Part shown: positions 1 through 12,439 of the stretch, in pieces
How the letters are laid out: each line of letters begins with the position of its first letter
How positions within the stretch are numbered: position 1 is the stretch's first letter
Source: Hypanus sabinus
Taxonomy: Eukaryota
Length of the DNA stretch: 64,000 nucleotides
Assembly (NCBI RefSeq): GCF_030144855.1
Contig: NC_082708.1
Coordinates: 143,530,001 to 143,594,000 of the forward strand
Direction: 5' to 3'
Made by a program: the position numbers and the translations under genes
The notes under the pieces: model-generated
Told to the model about the DNA's origin: nothing
Databases searched by the model: none
Seen by the model: only the letters and a program-made list of their open reading frames with translations

Positions 1-430
1 GGATTTTCTGTTCAGGGGCATTGTTGTTTCCATACCAGGCTGTTTCCATGCAGCCAGTCAATATGCTCTCCACCACACATCTATAGGAGGTTGTTAAAGC
101 TTTAGATGTCATGCTGAATCTTCGCAAACTCCTATGAAAATAGAGGCACTGCCATGCTTTCTTCATAATTGACTTAGTATGCTGGGCCCAGGACAGGTCC
201 TCTGAAATGAAAACACCAAGGAATTAAAAGTTGCTGACCCTCTTCACCTCTGATCCTCCAATGATGTCTGGCTCATGGACGTCCGATTTCCTCTTCCTGA
301 AGTTAATAATCAGCTCGTTGCTCTCACTGACATTGGGTAAGAGACTGTTGCTGTGGCACCACAGCCAGCTTTTCAACTTCCCTCTTACATGCTGATGCAT
401 CACCACCTTTGATTCAGCCTACAACAGTGG
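1..430 (-). mobile_element. Rex1/Babar-type LINE RT fragment (degraded), continued at ~1081-1530
   Basis: Minus-strand translation WCHSNSLLPNVS..ELIINFRK..IIGGSEVKRVSNF is a Rex1 RT C-terminal motif. Confidence 0.75.
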
Positions 431-431
431 T

Positions 432-1080
432 TAAAAACATAGAATTACAGAAAACCTACAGCACAATACAGGCCCTTCGGCCTATAATGCTGTGTCGAAC
501 ATGTACTTACTTTAGAAATTACCCAGGGTTACCTATAGCCCTCTATTTTACTAAGCTTCATGTACCTATCCAGGAGCCTCTTAAAAGACCCTATCATATC
601 CACCTCCACCACCATTACCGGCAGCCCATTCCATGCACTCACTGCTCTCTGCATAAAAAATTTACCCCGACATCTCCTCTGTATCTTCTTCCAAACACCT
701 TAAAACTATGCCCTTTCATGTTAGCCACTTCAGCCCTGGGAAAAAGCCGCTGACTACCCCCAGAATGTCTTCATCTTATACACCTCTATCAGGTCACCTC
801 TCATTGCCTGCTGTTCCAAGGAGAAAAGGCTGAGTTCACTCAGCCTATTCTCATAAGGCATGCTCCCCAATCCAGGCAGTATCCTTGTAAATCTCCTTTG
901 CACCCTTTCTATAGTTTCCACATCCTTCCTGTAGTGAGGTGACCAGAACAGAGCACAGTACTCCAAGTGGGGTCTGACCAGGGTCCTATATAGATGTTAT
1001 ATTACCTCCCGGCTCTTAAACTCAATCCCACGATTGATGAAGCCCAATGCACTGTATGCCTTCTTAAACACAGAGTCAGC
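432..1080 (-). mobile_element. CR1 LINE 3' fragment inserted into the Rex1 copy
   Basis: ORF 754-966 (EYCALFWSPHYRKDVETIERVQRRFTRILPGL...RGDLIEVYKM) is the CR1 ORF2 C-terminus; 3' UTR and tail lie near 435-480. Confidence 0.85.
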
Positions 1081-1530
1081 AAACTTGACTCTAGTGTTGT
1101 CAGCAAACCTGAATATGGCATTGGAGCTGTGCTTAGCCACACAGTTATACGTTTAAAGCGATTAGAGCAGGGGACTAAGCACACAGCCCTGTGGTGCACC
1201 TGTGCTGATGGAGATTGGGGAGGAGATGTTGTTGCCAATCTAAAGTGATTGGGGTGTGCAAGTGAGGAAATTAAGGATCCAATTGCACAAGAAGGTATTG
1301 AAGCCAAGGCCTTGAAGCTTATAGGTTAGTCTTGAGGGGATGGCAGTATTGAATGCTGAACTGTATCGTTAAAGAGCATCCTGATGTATGCATCTTTGCT
1401 GTCCAGATGCTCCAGGTTGAGTGAAGAACCAATGAGATGCCATCTGCTGTGGACCTGTTGCACTGGTAGGCAAACTGGAGTGGATCCAAGTCACTTCTGT
1501 TGCAGGAGTTGATATGTTTCATCACCAACC
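1081..1530 (-). mobile_element. Rex1/Babar-type LINE RT fragment (upstream part)
   Basis: ORF 1319-1528 contains LDPLQFAYQCNRSTADGI; a G.PQGCVLSPLL-like motif is encoded near 1165-1200. Confidence 0.8.
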
Positions 1531-1744
1531 TTCTCTATCCTCTTCCTAATGATAAAATTCTGGAACTATCATGTTTTTCTTTAACTTTTTCATTTTCCAT
1601 ATAGAGGCAAGTTAATAACTCATAGTGTAGAGGAGACCAACCGGCTTATTTTGGGGATGTCATCTCTTTAAGGGAGTAACATAACTGGTCCCACATCCTC
1701 TTTCTCCATAGGCCTGATAATTGTTCCTTTTCAAGTACAGCATC

Positions 1745-2038
1745 ACAGTTAATGTCATAGTTAGCACAACACTATTACAGCTCGAGGCAATTAGAGTTCA
1801 TTTCCAGTGCTGACTGGAAGCAGTTTGTACGTTCCCCACATGAACCACATGGATTACCTCCAGGTGCTTTGGTTTGTTCCCACAGTCAAAGACCTACCGG
1901 TTAGCAGGTTACTTGGTTGGTGTAAGTTGTCCTGTGATCAGGCTGTTGTTAAGGTAGATGGATTCCTGGCAGTGCGGCTTGTTGGGCTGGAATGGCTTGT
2001 TCTGCGCCGTAAGAGCTAAATAAATAAATAATAAATAA
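1745..2038 (+). mobile_element. V-SINE (HE1-like) copy
   Basis: V-domain-like core gtttgtacgttcccc...cctccaggtgctttggtttgttcccacagtcaaagac and a (TAAA)n tail. Confidence 0.7.
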
Positions 2039-2679
2039 GTTGCATTCCCAATTCCCTTTAGAAAGTTATTCTTGACTCTTCCTCTGATCTTTCAGACAGT
2101 GCCTTCCAGATCATAGCAACTCTCTAAGTAAATAAACTTCATCATTGCCAATTGCATTAATGATTTGTCCTCTGGAAACGAATTTGACTGTCAGTGGAAA
2201 CAGCCCTTGTTTATTGTGAATTGGTTCAGGCCAAAATGTAAACTGTCTTTGCTCATAAAAAGTGAGCTGTTTACAGGGTCAGGCTGTCCCTTGGAAAAGA
2301 GACTGGATTATTTCATCGGGTAATTAATCAAATGAATGCCAGACAATAAATTGTCCCCAGCAGTTGCAGTTCCTCAATATGTGACTTCTGGCCAGATTCT
2401 GCTTGATGGCATTGTAAATGTTATCATCCTCAAAATACTTCTTTTGAAACTGATCTGACTGTGCATGAAGATATCTTATGCAGTGAAAAATATATATGGT
2501 TGAAGTGTTTAAACACATTCATATCTGTATCTCTGATCAGACTGGAGAGATTAAAGTGCAGTGAGTGACATTACTTGTGATTTAACGAAGGCAAGACACA
2601 TTTGAAGACTAGATCCCAGGATTCCTGATTCTTGAATGGTTAACAAGTCACACAAGAGGACTGGAGTTTAGATGAGATC

Positions 2680-3322
2680 TGTTGTGACATGAACAAAGTC
2701 ACCAGAGAGACACTGACGTTAGTGCAGATAAAAGTTTATTCAGGACAAAATGCAGCTATTCAAGACACTCTTGGAAGAGGAAGCCTGCTTGACTCAATAT
2801 TACATGACATTTTATATGCTAAAGATCAAAGGTAACAGCAGGACAATTCTATAGTTACAATGTATAGTTTTCAAATGCCTCCTCCTTTGCACCCACACTT
2901 CAGACGCAAAATGAACGTTAATCTCCAATGACTCTAGGCTGCATTCATGCATATGCAGGCACCAGGGGTCAAGTTGTTCAGACTGCATTTTAAATTCAAT
3001 ATGAAATCCATATTCAAATCTGAAGGTTGGTTGCTGATGAAATTAATATTTCCTATTTATCCTAACTGCCGAATACGCCCTTACAAGATCAAATCCGCCC
3101 TCAGTTGGAATGTGGAAATTGTAAATAGTAGAAGCAAGATGGAAAGAGTTTCATGGTAGACATCCAAAGGTACCAAAGATTAGGATGTTGCCCACCCCTC
3201 TCTTCTCCTCTATGTTACCAAATGGGTTTTCAGATTCTGGAATGGTTCGAAGTAGGCCAGACTGATATTAACTGCCCTAAACCCAGCACTTCCTATGGTA
3301 ATGCAGGACACAAGGAATTTCA
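2680..3322 (-). mobile_element. Solo LTR (ERV-like, 643 bp)
   Basis: Minus strand reads TGAAA...CAACA with AATAAA near the 3' end; flanked by AGATC/GGATC (5-bp TSD, 1 mismatch); shares blocks with 25191-25610. Confidence 0.65.
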
Positions 3323-4543
3323 GGATCATAATGTCCCAAGTTCCTGGGAGTTTATATTAGGCTCTGGAAATAGTGTATAATCTAAAGAACATTAAGTATT
3401 GTTAAACTAATTTGCATTGGTTTACTTAGATCTAGTTTCTCTCCTCTTCCATGTGGCTGACTCATTCCTCCTCTTTTCCTGTTCACCAGGATGGCCAATC
3501 ACCTATTTCTGTCCCTTAATTGAGCTGACATTCCATATGGGCAACACTCTTTAGATATAATCCTTAACCCTTGGGTCATTCTCACCATTAAAAAATCCAG
3601 CCTTATCTCTCTAAACTTGCAAACTATATATCAATTATCAAAGTTTTCCTCTCAAAGTCCTTGCAGAAAGAAGGAATTATAGAATGATATAATCCAGAAA
3701 GGGGTCTGTCAGCCTATTGTGCACGTACCACCTCATTGAGATAATCACTCAGTCACTTCCCTAGTACTGTGCAATGTCATTTGGCAGCACCCCTGCCTCT
3801 GTGCCACTGCGTTTTTGGTTCATGTCTTGCTCCAGAGGCTTAAGTACAGAAATCTGATTTTACACTTTAGTGCTGAGCAGAGTGAGTGTGACAAAGTCAA
3901 AGCTAATGATTTTTGCATAGGATTTAAAAACAAAGTCCTCTCTGGCAGATCCACATGATCAGATGGGATGGGAATAGGGACTATGGGAGAAAGAGAACAC
4001 TGAATGGTGAAAAGTGGTGAAAGAAGGGAGCTTGAAAGGAGACAGTCCTTGCAATGAAAGCTCAGGAATAGGTGGAACTTTGTAAATGAGAGTTACAAGG
4101 AAGAGGAAATGTTTGAGGAATGGGACTCAGAGGTACAGAGGAAGAATAAGGAAGGTGCCTCCAGAAAGGAGAAAATCTGGTGAGTATAGACTCTAACATT
4201 TCTCACAGAGCTGAGAGCAACAGTGACCAAGTGGTTAGATACTGTGGAATTTAGAGAGAATCCGGTATAATCCCAATAAATTCTAATGCTCTGAAAATTC
4301 TTCAAATCAAATCTGCTTACATATTTACCATAATCTTCATCTGAGTCTTGATGGATCTTCTTTACTGAACGCTGGCTTTTGCACTCTGAATTTCCTTCTC
4401 TAGACCTCACTATCCTCCCCATAACCTTCCTTAAAACCAAGCTGTTGGACACCCAATTCCCATTCTCTCTATCTTTGGCTCATTGTCAGTTTTTTGTCCT
4501 CCTTGAAATAACTGGTAGTGCTGTCTGGCAATAAAGATGATAT

Positions 4544-4786
4544 TGTAGCGGTGTGCTACATGCAGCGCTAAAATAACGACACAGAGTCGGTAAACTGCAG
4601 TCAAAGATAACTTTATTCAAACTACACAGCCTTGCTTTTAAGCCTCCCTCAACCCCCCCCCCCCCCCCCGTGGGGGCGGATGCTCTAAAAGACACGTACT
4701 CACAAACCCCCGTAGGCTATCTCCCTTAGCCGGAACGCTGGCAAATTGTGAGCCGGTTCGGATGTGCCAGGAAATGGGTCGTCACA
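4544..4786 (-). repeat. 3' LTR of Gypsy copy 1
   Basis: Direct repeat of 8594-8834; preceded on the minus strand by a G-run PPT (~4790-4801); contains AATAAA. Confidence 0.95.
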
Positions 4787-7700
4787 TAACACCCCCCCCC
4801 CAGAACCGGCAATACACCCCCCAATGTCCACAGTCTGGGCCGGAACCTGTTTGGGAGGTCGGCCTCTGCGCTGTGGTGCCGGAAACTCGACCGGTTGCTC
4901 CAGGTCCACATGGGCCGGTTTGAGTCGGTCCACCGTGAAAACCTCCTCTCTCCCCCCAACGTCCAGCACGAACATGGACCCGTTGTTCCGGAGCACCGTA
5001 AACGGCCCCTCGTAGGGCCGTTGCAGTGGTGGCCAATGCCTGCCCCTTCGTACAAACACAAACTTACAGTTCTGCAGGTCTTTGGGTACGCAGGTCGGGT
5101 TCTGCCCATGCTGCGAAGTGGGTACGGGGGCCAGGTGACCGAGCCTCTCACGTAGTCGGCCCAGGACTGCTGCGGGTCCCTCCTCTTGCCCCCTTGGGGC
5201 TGGTATGAACTCCCCGGGGATGACCAGGGGCGCGCCGTACACCAACTCGGCCGACGAGGCATGCAGATCGTCCTTGGGCGCCGTGCGGATGCCGAGTAGG
5301 ACCCAGGGAAGCTCGTCCGCCCAGTTAGCTCCTCGCAGGCGAGCCATGAGAGCCGACTTCAGGTGACGGTGGAAACGCTCCACTAGCCCTTTCGACTGTG
5401 GGTGGTAGGCAGTTGTGTGGTGCAGCTGAGTCCCCAAAAGGCTGGCCATAGCTGACCACAGGCTGGAGGTGAACTGAGCGCCTCTGTCGGAGGTAATGTG
5501 GGCTGGTACACCAAAGCGGGACACCCAGATGGCGATCAGTGCCCAGGCGCAAGATTCAGAGGTGGTGTCGGTGAGCGGGATCGCCTCCGGCCATCTTGTG
5601 AACCGGTCCACGATAGTGAGGAGGTGCCGTGCTCCACGCGACACTGGCAGGGGGCCCGCGATATCCACATGAATGTGGTCAAAACGCCAGTGGGTGGGGT
5701 GGAACTGCTGCGGCAGAGCTTTGGTGTGCAGCTGCACCTTGGCCTTCTGGCAGTGCATGCACGTTTTGGCCCATTCACTGACCTGTTTGTGGAGTCCGTG
5801 CCAAACGAACCTGTTGGCTACCATCCAGACAGTTGTCCTGATGGAGGGGTGCGCCAAGTTATGAATACAGTCGAAAACGCGTCGCTGCCAAGGTGCCAGG
5901 ATGACGGGACGGGGCTGGCCGGTGGCGACGTCACAGAGTAGGGTCCTCTCACCTGGGCCTATGGGGAGGTCCTGGAGCTGTAAACTGGAGACTGCGGTTC
6001 TGTAACTTGGGATCTCCTCATCTGCCTGCTGTGCCTCTGCCAGCGCCTCAAAGTCTACCCCTTGGGAAAGGGCATGAACGGTAGGGCGAGAGAGCGCATC
6101 CGCCATGACATTGTCCTTACCCGAGACGTGCCGGACATCCGTTGTGTATTCAGAGATGTAGGACAGATTGCGCTGCTGGCGGGATGACCAGGGGTCGGAC
6201 GCTTTCGTAAACGCAAGGGTAAGCGGTTTGTGGTCCGTGAACGCGATGAAGGAACGACATTCTAGGAAGTACCTGAAATGCTGGGTTGCCAGGTAGAGCG
6301 CCAACAGTTTCCGGTTGAAAGCACTGTACTTGAAATCGGGTGGCCGCAGGTGTTTGCTGAAAAACGCCCGGGGCTGCCAGCGACCTGCGATGAGTTGCTC
6401 CAGTACCCCACCAACTGCCGTGTTAGATGTGTCCACTGTGAGGGCGGTAGGGGTGTCCATTCTGGGATGTACTAGCATTGCGGCGTTCGCCAAGGCTTCC
6501 TTCATTTGAACGAAAGTGGCGGCGGACTCCTCGTCCCAGGCAGTGTCCTTGTCTGGACCCGACATCAGGGCGAACAGGGGGCGTATGATCCGGGCAGCTG
6601 AAAGGAGGAAGCGGTGGTAGAAATTGGCCATACCTACGAATTCCTGAAGGCCTTTGATCGTGGTGGGTCGGGGGAAATGGCGGACCGCATCTACCTTAGC
6701 GGGCAGAGGGGATGCCCTGTCTTTAGTAATCCTGTGGCCCAGGAAGTCAATGGTGTCGAGCCCGAACTGACATTTGGCCAGGTTGATCGTTAGACCGTAG
6801 TCACTCAGCCAGGCATAGAGTTGACGGAAGTGGGACAGATGATCCTGACGACTGCTGCTGGCTATGACGATGTCGTCCAAATAGATGAACGCGAAGTCCA
6901 GGTCCGCGTCCCACCGCGTCCATTAACCGTTGGAACGTCTGTGCAGCATTCTTCAGGCCGAACGGCATGCGGAGGAACTCGAAAAGGCCGAAAGGGGTGA
7001 TGAGAGCCGTTTTGGGGACGTCGTGAGGATGCATCGGGATTTGATGGTACCCTCGGACGAGGTCTACCTTGGAGAAGATCCGTGCGCCGTGCAGGTTTGC
7101 TGCAAAGTCCTGAATGTGTGGCACAGGCCAGCGGTCCAGTGTGGTAGCCTCGTTCAGCCTGCGTTAGTCGCCGCACGGTCTCCAGCCCCCTGTCGCTTTG
7201 GGCACCATGTGCAGGGGGAGGCCCATGGGCTGTCGGACCGCCGGACGATCCCCAATTCCTCCATCCTCTTGGACTCCTCCTTTGCCAGTTGGAGCTTGTC
7301 CGGGGGAAGCCGCCGAGCACGGGCGTGGAGGGGTGGTCCCTGGGTCGGGATGTGGTGCTGTACGCCGTGTTGGGGCATGGCCGCTGTGAACTGTGGTGCC
7401 AGAACCGATGGGAAATCCGCCAGGACCCTGGTGAAGTTGTTGTCGGACAGCGTGATGGAGCCGAGGTGAGGGGCTGGCAACTGGGCTGCACCCAGGGAGA
7501 ATGTCTGAAAGGTCTCGGCATGGACCAGTCTTTTCCTGGGCAGGTCGACCAGTAGGCTGTGAGCCCACAAAAAATCTGCACCCAGAAGCGGTTGGGCTAC
7601 GGTGGCCAGTGTGAAGTCCCACGTGAACTGGCTGGAGCCGAACTGTAGCTGCACCTGACGGGTGCCATAGGTCCTTACTGTGCTGCCGTTCACGGCCCTC

Positions 7701-7870
7701 AGGGGGGGACCCGGTGCCCTGCTGTGGGTGTCGTAACTAGTCGGAGGTAAGACGCTGATCTCGGCACCGGTGTCGACCAAAAAGCAGCGTCCTGACCACT
7801 TTTCCCACACATAAAGGAGGCTATCCCGATGGCCAGCCGCCGTAGCCATCAGCGGCAGCTGGCCCTGGCG
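4787..7870 (-). pseudogene. pol: pol pseudogene (protease, RT, RNase H, integrase) of copy 1
   Basis: Motifs [34 protein letters not shown], integrase HHCC, D-D-E and GPF. Relative to copy 2 it has a 1-bp deletion at ~7215, a TAA stop at ~7164 and a 1-bp insertion at ~6906. Confidence 0.93.
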
Positions 7871-8553
7871 TTTCCCGGGAACTTGCAGGGCGGGCGACAA
7901 CGGCAGGCTTCTGCGCCCCACCGCTGGTGGTAGAAGCACCATTGTTCGTTGGGCTCCCCACCCCTGCCTCTGGGGTTAGCGGGCTCTGCGGCCAGGCCTG
8001 GACTGGTTTGCTGCTGGGAGCGTGGCCGGGTGACCTGTGCGATGGACGCCCCACTCACCTTCTTGGCGTTCCACAGCAAGTCCACCCGGGCTGCCACCTT
8101 CCGGGGGTCACTGAAATCCGCGTCGGACAGCAGCAAGCATATGTCCTCGGGCAGCTGCTCTAGGAATGCCTGCTCAAACATGAGGCAGGGTGTGTGTCTG
8201 TCGGCCAGAGACAACATCTCATTCATTAAAGCCAATGGAGGTCTGTCTCCCAAGCCATCCAGGTGCAGTAAACGGGCAGCCTGCTCGCGCTGTGAGAGTC
8301 CGAAAGTCCTGAGGAGCAGGGCTTTGAATTCCGTGTACTTGCCGTCCGCCGGGGGAGACTGAACGAACTCTGCGACCTGGGCTGCTGTGTCCTGGTCGAG
8401 GGAGCTCACCACGCAGTAGTAACGGGTGTCCTCTGAGGTTATCTGCCGAACGTGGAATTGGGCTTCTGCTTGCTGGAACCATAGGTGAGGTTGTGGCGTC
8501 CAGAAACCGGGCAGTTTCAACGAAACCGCATGAACAGAGGCGGCGTCGGTCAT
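7849..8553 (-). CDS. gag: gag of copy 1 (open frame from MTDAASVH; CHCC motif)
   Basis: N-terminal [18 protein letters not shown]; C-terminal [18 protein letters not shown]. Confidence 0.85.
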   Translation of the reverse strand: MTDAASVHAVSLKLPGFWTPQPHLWFQQAEAQFHVRQITSEDTRYYCVVSSLDQDTAAQVAEFVQSPPADGKYTEFKALLLRTFGLSQREQAARLLHLDGLGDRPPLALMNEMLSLADRHTPCLMFEQAFLEQLPEDICLLLSDADFSDPRKVAARVDLLWNAKKVSGASIAQVTRPRSQQQTSPGLAAEPANPRGRGGEPNEQWCFYHQRWGAEACRCRPPCKFPGNARASCR

Positions 8554-8577
8554 CGCTGGTCCAAAAATCATTTGGAT

Positions 8578-8591
8578 CGTTGGGGTCACCA
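8578..8591 (-). promoter_or_regulatory. Primer-binding site, tRNA-Trp (copy 1)
   Basis: TGGTGACCCCAACG matches the tRNA-Trp PBS TGGTGACCCCGACG at 13/14 and lies 2 nt from the 5' LTR. Confidence 0.85.
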
Positions 8592-8593
8592 AT

Positions 8594-8834
8594 TGTAGTG
8601 ATGTGCTACACGCAGTGCTAAAATAACGACACGGAGTCGGTAAACTGCAGTCAAAGATAACTTTTTTCGAACTCAACAGCCTTGCTTTTAAGCCTCCCTC
8701 AACCCCCCCCCCCCCCCCCGGGCGCGGATGCGCCAAAAGACACGTACTCACAAACGCCCGTAGGCTATCTCCCTTAGCCGGAACGCTGGCTAATTGTGAG
8801 CCGGTTCGGAATAGCCAGGAAATGGGTCGCCACA
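8594..8834 (-). repeat. 5' LTR of Gypsy copy 1
   Basis: Direct repeat of 4544-4786, about 8% diverged by manual count. Confidence 0.95.
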
Positions 8835-11494
8835 ATATGATGGTTTGGATGAATAGAATTATAAATAATCCATTATTGATCATGAAAATTGGAAGAAAGA
8901 AATTTCACAATTCTTGTCTACATAAAAATGAGCTTAAAATTAAACTTACAATGATGCATTATTTTCTTTATTTGGTAAGTAAATAGAATGTAATGAATAA
9001 TTTTAATCAGGCTTTTGATGAAATCTACAGTTCAATAAGGATTAATAAATTGCCAGGTACTTATTTTAGAAACTGTATATTCAATGCATCATTTCTCCCA
9101 GCTGGGATTACCAAGTGGTAAACTAAACTTTTACTACTTGTTATTAAGGAAAAGGAGAAATTGACAGTTGTCATCCTGACAATGATCCCATGCAACTTCT
9201 GTTAGCCTTTTGTTAGAGTATCACATTGAGGCACAGGAAGAGTTGTTGAGGCTATCCGGGTAGAATGGCAATGAAGTGTTTGCATCCCTGAGTATGTATT
9301 TGATTAGCCTAACGCACAAAAGTACAAATGGTAATGGGAAACAGAAACCGCTCAACACAAGTGAGCTGGCAACTGTTGCTTCTTTATGGTTTAAGAAGCA
9401 AGCCAAACAGTTTTGTTGCTCTGTTGGACATCAGCAAACTGGCTGATGTTGCAGGCCCCCATTACATGGCAAGATAAATTAGCTTTAACACAGCGCACAA
9501 ATTGATCCAACTGTAATGTAAACAAGTAGTGATAACTTTTCGCATAGAACATAAAGACATAACATTGTTTCTTGATGCCTTTGCATTTCAGAATAATCTA
9601 TGTTGCTGTAATGGGCCCACTCCAACACAATATAAACTCAGTGCTGTCTTATTCCTGGAGCTCTCTGCAGAGATTGATGCCACGTTCTGGGTAACCAAGC
9701 AGAGATCTCCATTGCTTTTCACGACAAAATAAAACATCAACGAGCTTGCCAGCAGCTGCCTTGCTGATCTCCCTCATTGTTGTCAGAGCAACAGCTCCAG
9801 CATTCAATTGGAATCTGGTTCAATAATCAGTATCTCTGATCTCCAAAGGGCTTTTTCTAAAGAGGGAGATTGTTAGTGCTGACGGGCAACATTTCAAGGC
9901 ATTGTTTATTCCTTGTTATCCAACAGGTCAATATCAAATGTAGTCAAGGTGAACCCAGAGCTCTAAAATGATGACTCTGCATGGCTGGCTAAAAAAAAAG
10001 AGAACAATGGAACAAAAAGACAAAGTAAATTATAAATAGAAGGTACAAAAATAGACTCACAGTGCGGAACAAAATTCTGAGCTGCAATCAAGGTTAATAA
10101 AGTGGCAGTGACATTTTGAGGATTCACGTTCACACTCTATGGAAGTTAAAAACACGACTGCAGCAGCGACAAAGCCCTGATGTTTATTGTTCTGTGTTCC
10201 CTGACTTATTAAATGTTGAAGCTAGAAGAGGCCACAAAAATATCATGAATGAAAATCTCAGGAGCTGTCCTTGTCAAACAGAACCTACACGAGTTGGTTT
10301 TAGCCCAGTGGAATATAAGTGTAGCTGTTTAGTGGGGGGCGGGGGGCGGGGAGAGGAGGGATGAAAGTACTGCTTGAATCCAAAATACAATTACATTCCA
10401 AAAAGCAAGCCATAACTCTTGGAGAGGTCTCCCCAGCAGTTATTGTGCAGAATATCCTCAGGGGCAATATTCATCAAGCAGCATGCTGCATTCTCTCAAG
10501 AATTGCTTGGGGAAAGGGTCAAGTGGTCCACTGCCATGCTGTTTGAGCTCATCAGAGACATATTTAATTTAATTAAGGCTGTCACTGCTATTGATTTTGG
10601 CAGTTTCAATTACTGGACTGTTATGGCTTCTGGATCTACTGATCTGTGATGAGTCCTATCAGCATAGGCACACATGGAGGAAGAAGCCCTTTGTCTCCCC
10701 CAGATCCTGACACATCATGCCTCGAGCCATAACTTATTGCATTTGTTCAGCCTAGCTCTCCTTCTACTTTTCATAATTAATTCATCATTAGACAGTCCTT
10801 TATTGTTTAATTTGTGCAGTTTTTAATCAAATTGGGCAGATTAATTGCAGCTAAATTTAAAAGCAAATGAAAAATATAGGCTTTTGAAAACTTGCTGTTC
10901 ATTTTTTAGACAAGATAAAATGAAACACTTAAGATGTTGCGAGTGGCTTGAATAATAATTAGATCATACTAACAGCTTGGACGTTTAAATAAAAGAGCAG
11001 ATCATAGCTATTAGAAGCCACTCTAACGTCCTTATTCAATAAATACAAATTAAAATCCTTCACCATTTGATGGATATACTCAGTTCTTGGCCTATGTCCA
11101 TTCAGGATTTTGTTTTTCAGGTCAGGTTTTCATGGATTTTTTTGTTAGATTAACATATTACCAAGGATAACAAACACAGATTAAATCCTTGAAAAAAATT
11201 AATAAGAGATGTGTATTTTTATCCTGATTAAAACATTGATTCTGAAAAGTACAACTCACAAAACCTTTGCTTTTCAGCTGAAAATGTACTCATCCTTATT
11301 GAAATCCCACCTCATTAGACTTCACACATGTATATGTGAGTAGATATTCACACTTACACACTGTGTGTGATATGCTTTGTATCACTATTTAAAGAAGTGA
11401 TTTTCAACAGTAGTCAGTATTAAAGTATTTCCTTTTCATGTACAGAACACCATACACCTGCTCACTTTTGACCATCTTCAAACTCTTGCAAAGT

Positions 11495-11775
11495 AAGTTG
11501 CATGTTAGAGTAGAGCACAGTGCTTAACAGTACCAACGACCCAGGTTCAATTCCCACTGCTGCGTGTACGGGTTTGTACGTTCCCTCCCATAACTGCGTG
11601 GGTTTCCTCCAGGTGCTCTGGTTTCCTCCCAGAGTCCAAAGAGGTGCCAGTTGTTAGGCTGGTAGGTTAATTGCCCCATGATTAGGCGAGGGTTAGATCA
11701 GGGATTGCTGAGCAGTGCAGGTCAAAGGGCCAGAAGGCCGAATCTGTGTGGAATCTTAGTAAAAAATTAAAAATA
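11495..11775 (+). mobile_element. V-SINE (HE1-like) copy
   Basis: B-box-like ggttcaattccc followed by the V-domain gtttgtacgttccctcccataactgcgtgggtttcctccaggtgctctggtttcctccc. Confidence 0.8.
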
Positions 11776-12439
11776 ACACACTCTGATGCGGAAAAAGCTC
11801 AGGTGAACAACAATTCATGTGACACCTTAATTCTCTGAGAATTTCCACAGATATGACCTGGCCTGCTGAATAGTTCCAATGTTTTCATTTTCATTTCAAA
11901 CGCATGACTTTTTCACACACACAGTTCTCTTTACTGAGAATGTTTCATCCTTTTGTGCAGCACTGATAAGTATAACATAATGAGATTATCACACATAAAT
12001 TATATCAATGCACTGAGTTTGCAAATGGGGCTAGTTTTTTACATCATTTTTCACCTTAAAGTGTACATTTCTACTGTATGCCTACGATTTCAGTAGTGTG
12101 GAATGGCTGGAGAATATGAAGGAATTATAAGAAGCAAAATCCCTGAGCATTTCTTAGGTAGATAGAGAAATTATAAGAAAGCTATTTCACCCCTTACAGA
12201 AATATACAATATTCTTTTTTTCTTAGCAGTTTGCATCCAATATCATTATGATTGAAGAATAGTGCATAATATTTATCACATTTATGTTGCAATCAAGTAA
12301 CATTATTATGGTGAATATTCATCCTACACATGCATATTCAATAAAAAATTTCGATGCAACAAAGCAAATGAAGCAAGTGTTACATCCTTCGGTAACATTA
12401 CTCATAACATTATTCCTCATTTACTCCCCATCGCGACCA

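Larger units (their letters stand above)
4544..8834 (-). mobile_element. Ty3/Gypsy LTR retrotransposon, CsRn1-type, full-length but defective (copy 1)
   Basis: LTRs at 4544-4786 and 8594-8834 (TG...CA), 4-bp TSD ATAT (4540-4543/8835-8838), tRNA-Trp PBS, PPT, and gag-PR-RT-RH-IN order. Confidence 0.97.

Noticed and set aside
4726-8482. Many overlapping and antisense ORFs inside the GC-rich Gypsy copies (also 30911-34631)
   Set aside because: Expected from the scarcity of stop codons in GC-rich coding DNA; no motifs, and the boundaries differ between copies.
8554-8883. Apparent 109-aa N-terminal extension of gag (ORF 7849-8883) starting in flanking DNA
   Set aside because: Chance read-through of the LTR and flank; absent in intact copy 2; the real start is MTDAAS.
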